Source: a virus
Length of the DNA stretch: 64,000 nt
IMG/VR virus record: IMGVR_UViG_3300027763_000038
Location: 32,001 to 96,000 of that record
Direction: 5' to 3' (one strand)
Below the pieces are notes generated by a model. It worked only from the letters and a program-made list of their open reading frames with translations, had not been told where the DNA came from and searched no databases. Shown here piece after piece: positions 63,701-64,000 of the stretch. Made by a program: the position numbers and the translations under genes. Numbering within the stretch: position 1 is the stretch's first letter; each line of letters opens with the position of its first letter.

Positions 63701-64000
63701 TGGTCATTTGTGTTCAAATAGCTTCTTGGTAATGATAAGCTATCTATGTAGATAGAGTCTCCATTATAAAAATATGAATTAGTTTTTCTGAGTCCATTAT
63801 ATCCATTATTTATACATGTTTTATTATTGAGAAAAATTTTGGGTTTAATATTAACTACCAAACTAGTTTCTGTACTATATAGATTTGGTGTGTTATTCTC
63901 TAAAATAATAGATTTGTCTGGAACAATATCAGTAGTTTGGATATTTTTTAAGTCAAAAAAGGAATATGTTGGATATCTCCCAGTTGTATAAATAATTTGG
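57736..64000 (-). CDS. giant beta-rich virion protein with Ig-like/He_PIG-like repeats (5' end beyond the window)
   Basis: The frame stays open from 63861 to the window end (checked by hand); WTVSGSLPLGL...GTLRIYGEP...FTFKVFDA and repeated I.A.D strands. Confidence 0.7.
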   Translation of the reverse strand, partial: QIIYTTGRYPTYSFFDLKNIQTTDIVPDKSIILENNTPNLYSTETSLVVNIKPKIFLNNKTCINNGYNGLRKTNSYFYNGDSIYIDSLSLPRSYLNTNDQLTILSYDGNSSFGSGVSRNIRITQSNARDTAFSGIGINGNNNVLLNRFATEWYNQYRFTNPLGLTLDQQIQPTGYISFIGSVSGNCNIPFNNNIYYHSHGGFTASWPRDPSGTNVPAPQTGIYTIGVSSQNCSSGTLCVRISVYNDDQFRNIPDIVNRQDVGKQSNTATTSNGSGYVRPWGVNKKFYFDFSDDAPEINGSYYIADRLDSDTFTLNMPFDSDYLGRSGLVYIIDSDYNIKSNRNPNLNNVFETSQGNISLGSNNLVDYYINSYNDQSHRWKHLIHFNKDINNFGGYSGTIHYGQAGTQLISLPPDLLKISQIEYLFNDEVTYRIVSDNSITIPSSKNQIYLKLTVLNGAGKWSNDLNRSAPRVNIYGVGSYDIDFANIIYSSSTKQWTIPVLISDIVQYVNNKTITITVNDESGTDSTNISLTTKVLPKMEYAGTTYVYKNSAINWILPFDIKNLPTDSQSYSLTINDYPASAPTMINEELTNASGTKVFIGSAGSNTGIFNPVLTIRDFITSEILTSQSGTVVVLDNTQSKPAYSINPQGLDNDIYIDITNPSDVVSFSFFVPAFYDSLSEPVVTFTTNTQALSISSIVEYSTASQRYRVNASISGSVGYYPSINTNIAISQPVIAPDDSVSWVRYTKNQTFNLTLYKKIVVNKSELIEPLVYDPQELWALQFKVQNGVGSHRNDLPPRVRLSNLPTLGNYLSQPLEYVLFTKYDEINHSWSVFVDGKKDVFGKATEELGYKDILVYAEDGFSSNTNTIRLFFTKEQYLDNIRSIIYATPNNSYQSNLDIKQALPPPEQPPGVTIAASPLTENTIQLTRPYTKYDKDLSTWEYAYSGSPMTAKWDVSLDVTNQNTSLGDNSYSQLLVKCKGIATDKIYGVGKLNLVELDSSYLSSIGGDTVPFQIVDVTEPFYPAREGFPWEVSFATIGGLENPNYPPTILLSGFPSSCSGYNPKIPIENQAACFIGRSWNANKKKWLFSFSGLPLCNISGNKQILITAIDTDTTQNLYLSSDKKQAIIKYTTLIDQGIGHPGPSIRTMPGSSDTIELSPLCGQAPINNYWQFYTNTRAQCPEPTGMSGWTVSGSLPLGLNYTISFPGGTPSSPWNNMSTGTLRIYGEPLTFASGTSYPDIFTFKVFDARNKSATKEIKFTDISTANPASPINLTVYFDGTKPAYTERGNDINSVQQPSGTNPIDANGQQNYWPPAISDALTCTSILPHSECQTSSFRYSGGNFAAGNYNVYIDNITNTKLTNTVGSLVYVEFNNDTLNTNGFNGTYIVKQSGNPSVKYIAVTGHTFGVGSGRFVQSAIKSINTSNLNNFKGTVDSTSTKSILGCGIIKLKSINDPTNYGLFGRMRPSFSASIPVSGSFRNDDIFLTGLNVSTISEYSTFPSVYTMKTSNCWETGYLRISGISVPRPSIELFAPPPAQGGDNVPFSYNNQAYALLSKCAYGISQYEKDLTENYRLVSINYLIKHCISGTPLNSGSTSTSAAGTAGGSPIQFNYVFNSGTVLSLFIDKPSDKFPTYKYNAIPYAENEYFWIHKGGNRDDNPTQSSFPPILITGIKNSISCMSGQPISGYSVRALGGYVPFSGGSQRVPFYQLSDGTIWDLADYRPLFTGVLQKKLNEKILIGTYQHSGFFGGTTNQKINISLPANATNIFKPNDSVLVNFSGDYISFNTGIILNDSYSSTMTLPYQYNGISTVGTVTVYDKCYIQSIDQSAGVTSLLIHHNGIPYKTGDYIDITDGASISTENNIILSNYRISIVSGDSSSLRASFNGPDTFAFGPLNNTDFYDIKQNYYDQIKLNNITFSQKGEWKFGLSGTPTGLYKDYKYKIFSLENSGLPAFSGTSLTPKKYMVEYPVYINKPLKIILPQSVIDSGVTNINGSWNFSFEIEGGLRPVYNNTPEILVNNSMCIFSRSLNTSKMNDNYNSTTDRLTITLSSTNSVNYNWRGLQVLNIRAYDDTGSDTVTVNLTQQP

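Noticed and set aside
1-64000. Stop-codon reassignment, as in some large phages
   Set aside because: Standard code gives near-complete coding coverage, and TAG, TGA and TAA each end genes right at the next start.
1-64000. tRNA, rRNA or CRISPR arrays
   Set aside because: Intergenic gaps are all short (under ~100 nt) and none shows a cloverleaf or repeat-spacer pattern by eye.

Overview
AT-rich (roughly 30% GC by eye), densely coding segment of a large tailed dsDNA phage, read in the standard genetic code (TAA, TAG and TGA all end long ORFs). It has two convergent arms meeting at ~10.78 kb. The + strand arm (1-10.8 kb) holds the 3' part of a DnaE polymerase, SSB, a seven-gene glycosyltransferase/nucleotidyltransferase/methyltransferase-like cluster, a free-standing endonuclease, a probable single-strand annealing protein, a zinc-ribbon protein and a membrane-anchored DUF2135-like protein. 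The - strand arm (10.8-64 kb) is a virion morphogenesis module: giant fibre/adhesin proteins, head-tail joining proteins, tail tube, tail chaperones, a 5483-aa tape measure protein (TMP) and large tail-tip proteins. No sheath gene is seen, so the tail is probably non-contractile. The standout is the TMP. Eight full copies and three half copies of a conserved GG..Y/F..G-DTVPAMLTPGEFVVN..A...N..LL..IN..GG module divide it into segments. Several segments carry recognisable enzyme or toxin signatures: two PD-(D/E)xK nuclease-like domains, a HAD phosphatase, a pre-toxin helical motif and an HExxH metallopeptidase. This suggests a tape-measure polyprotein that delivers several effectors with the DNA. 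A second theme is possible virion glycosylation: the glycosyltransferase cluster co-occurs with Ser-Gly enrichment in external structural proteins. All family assignments come from motif recognition by eye; no searches were run.
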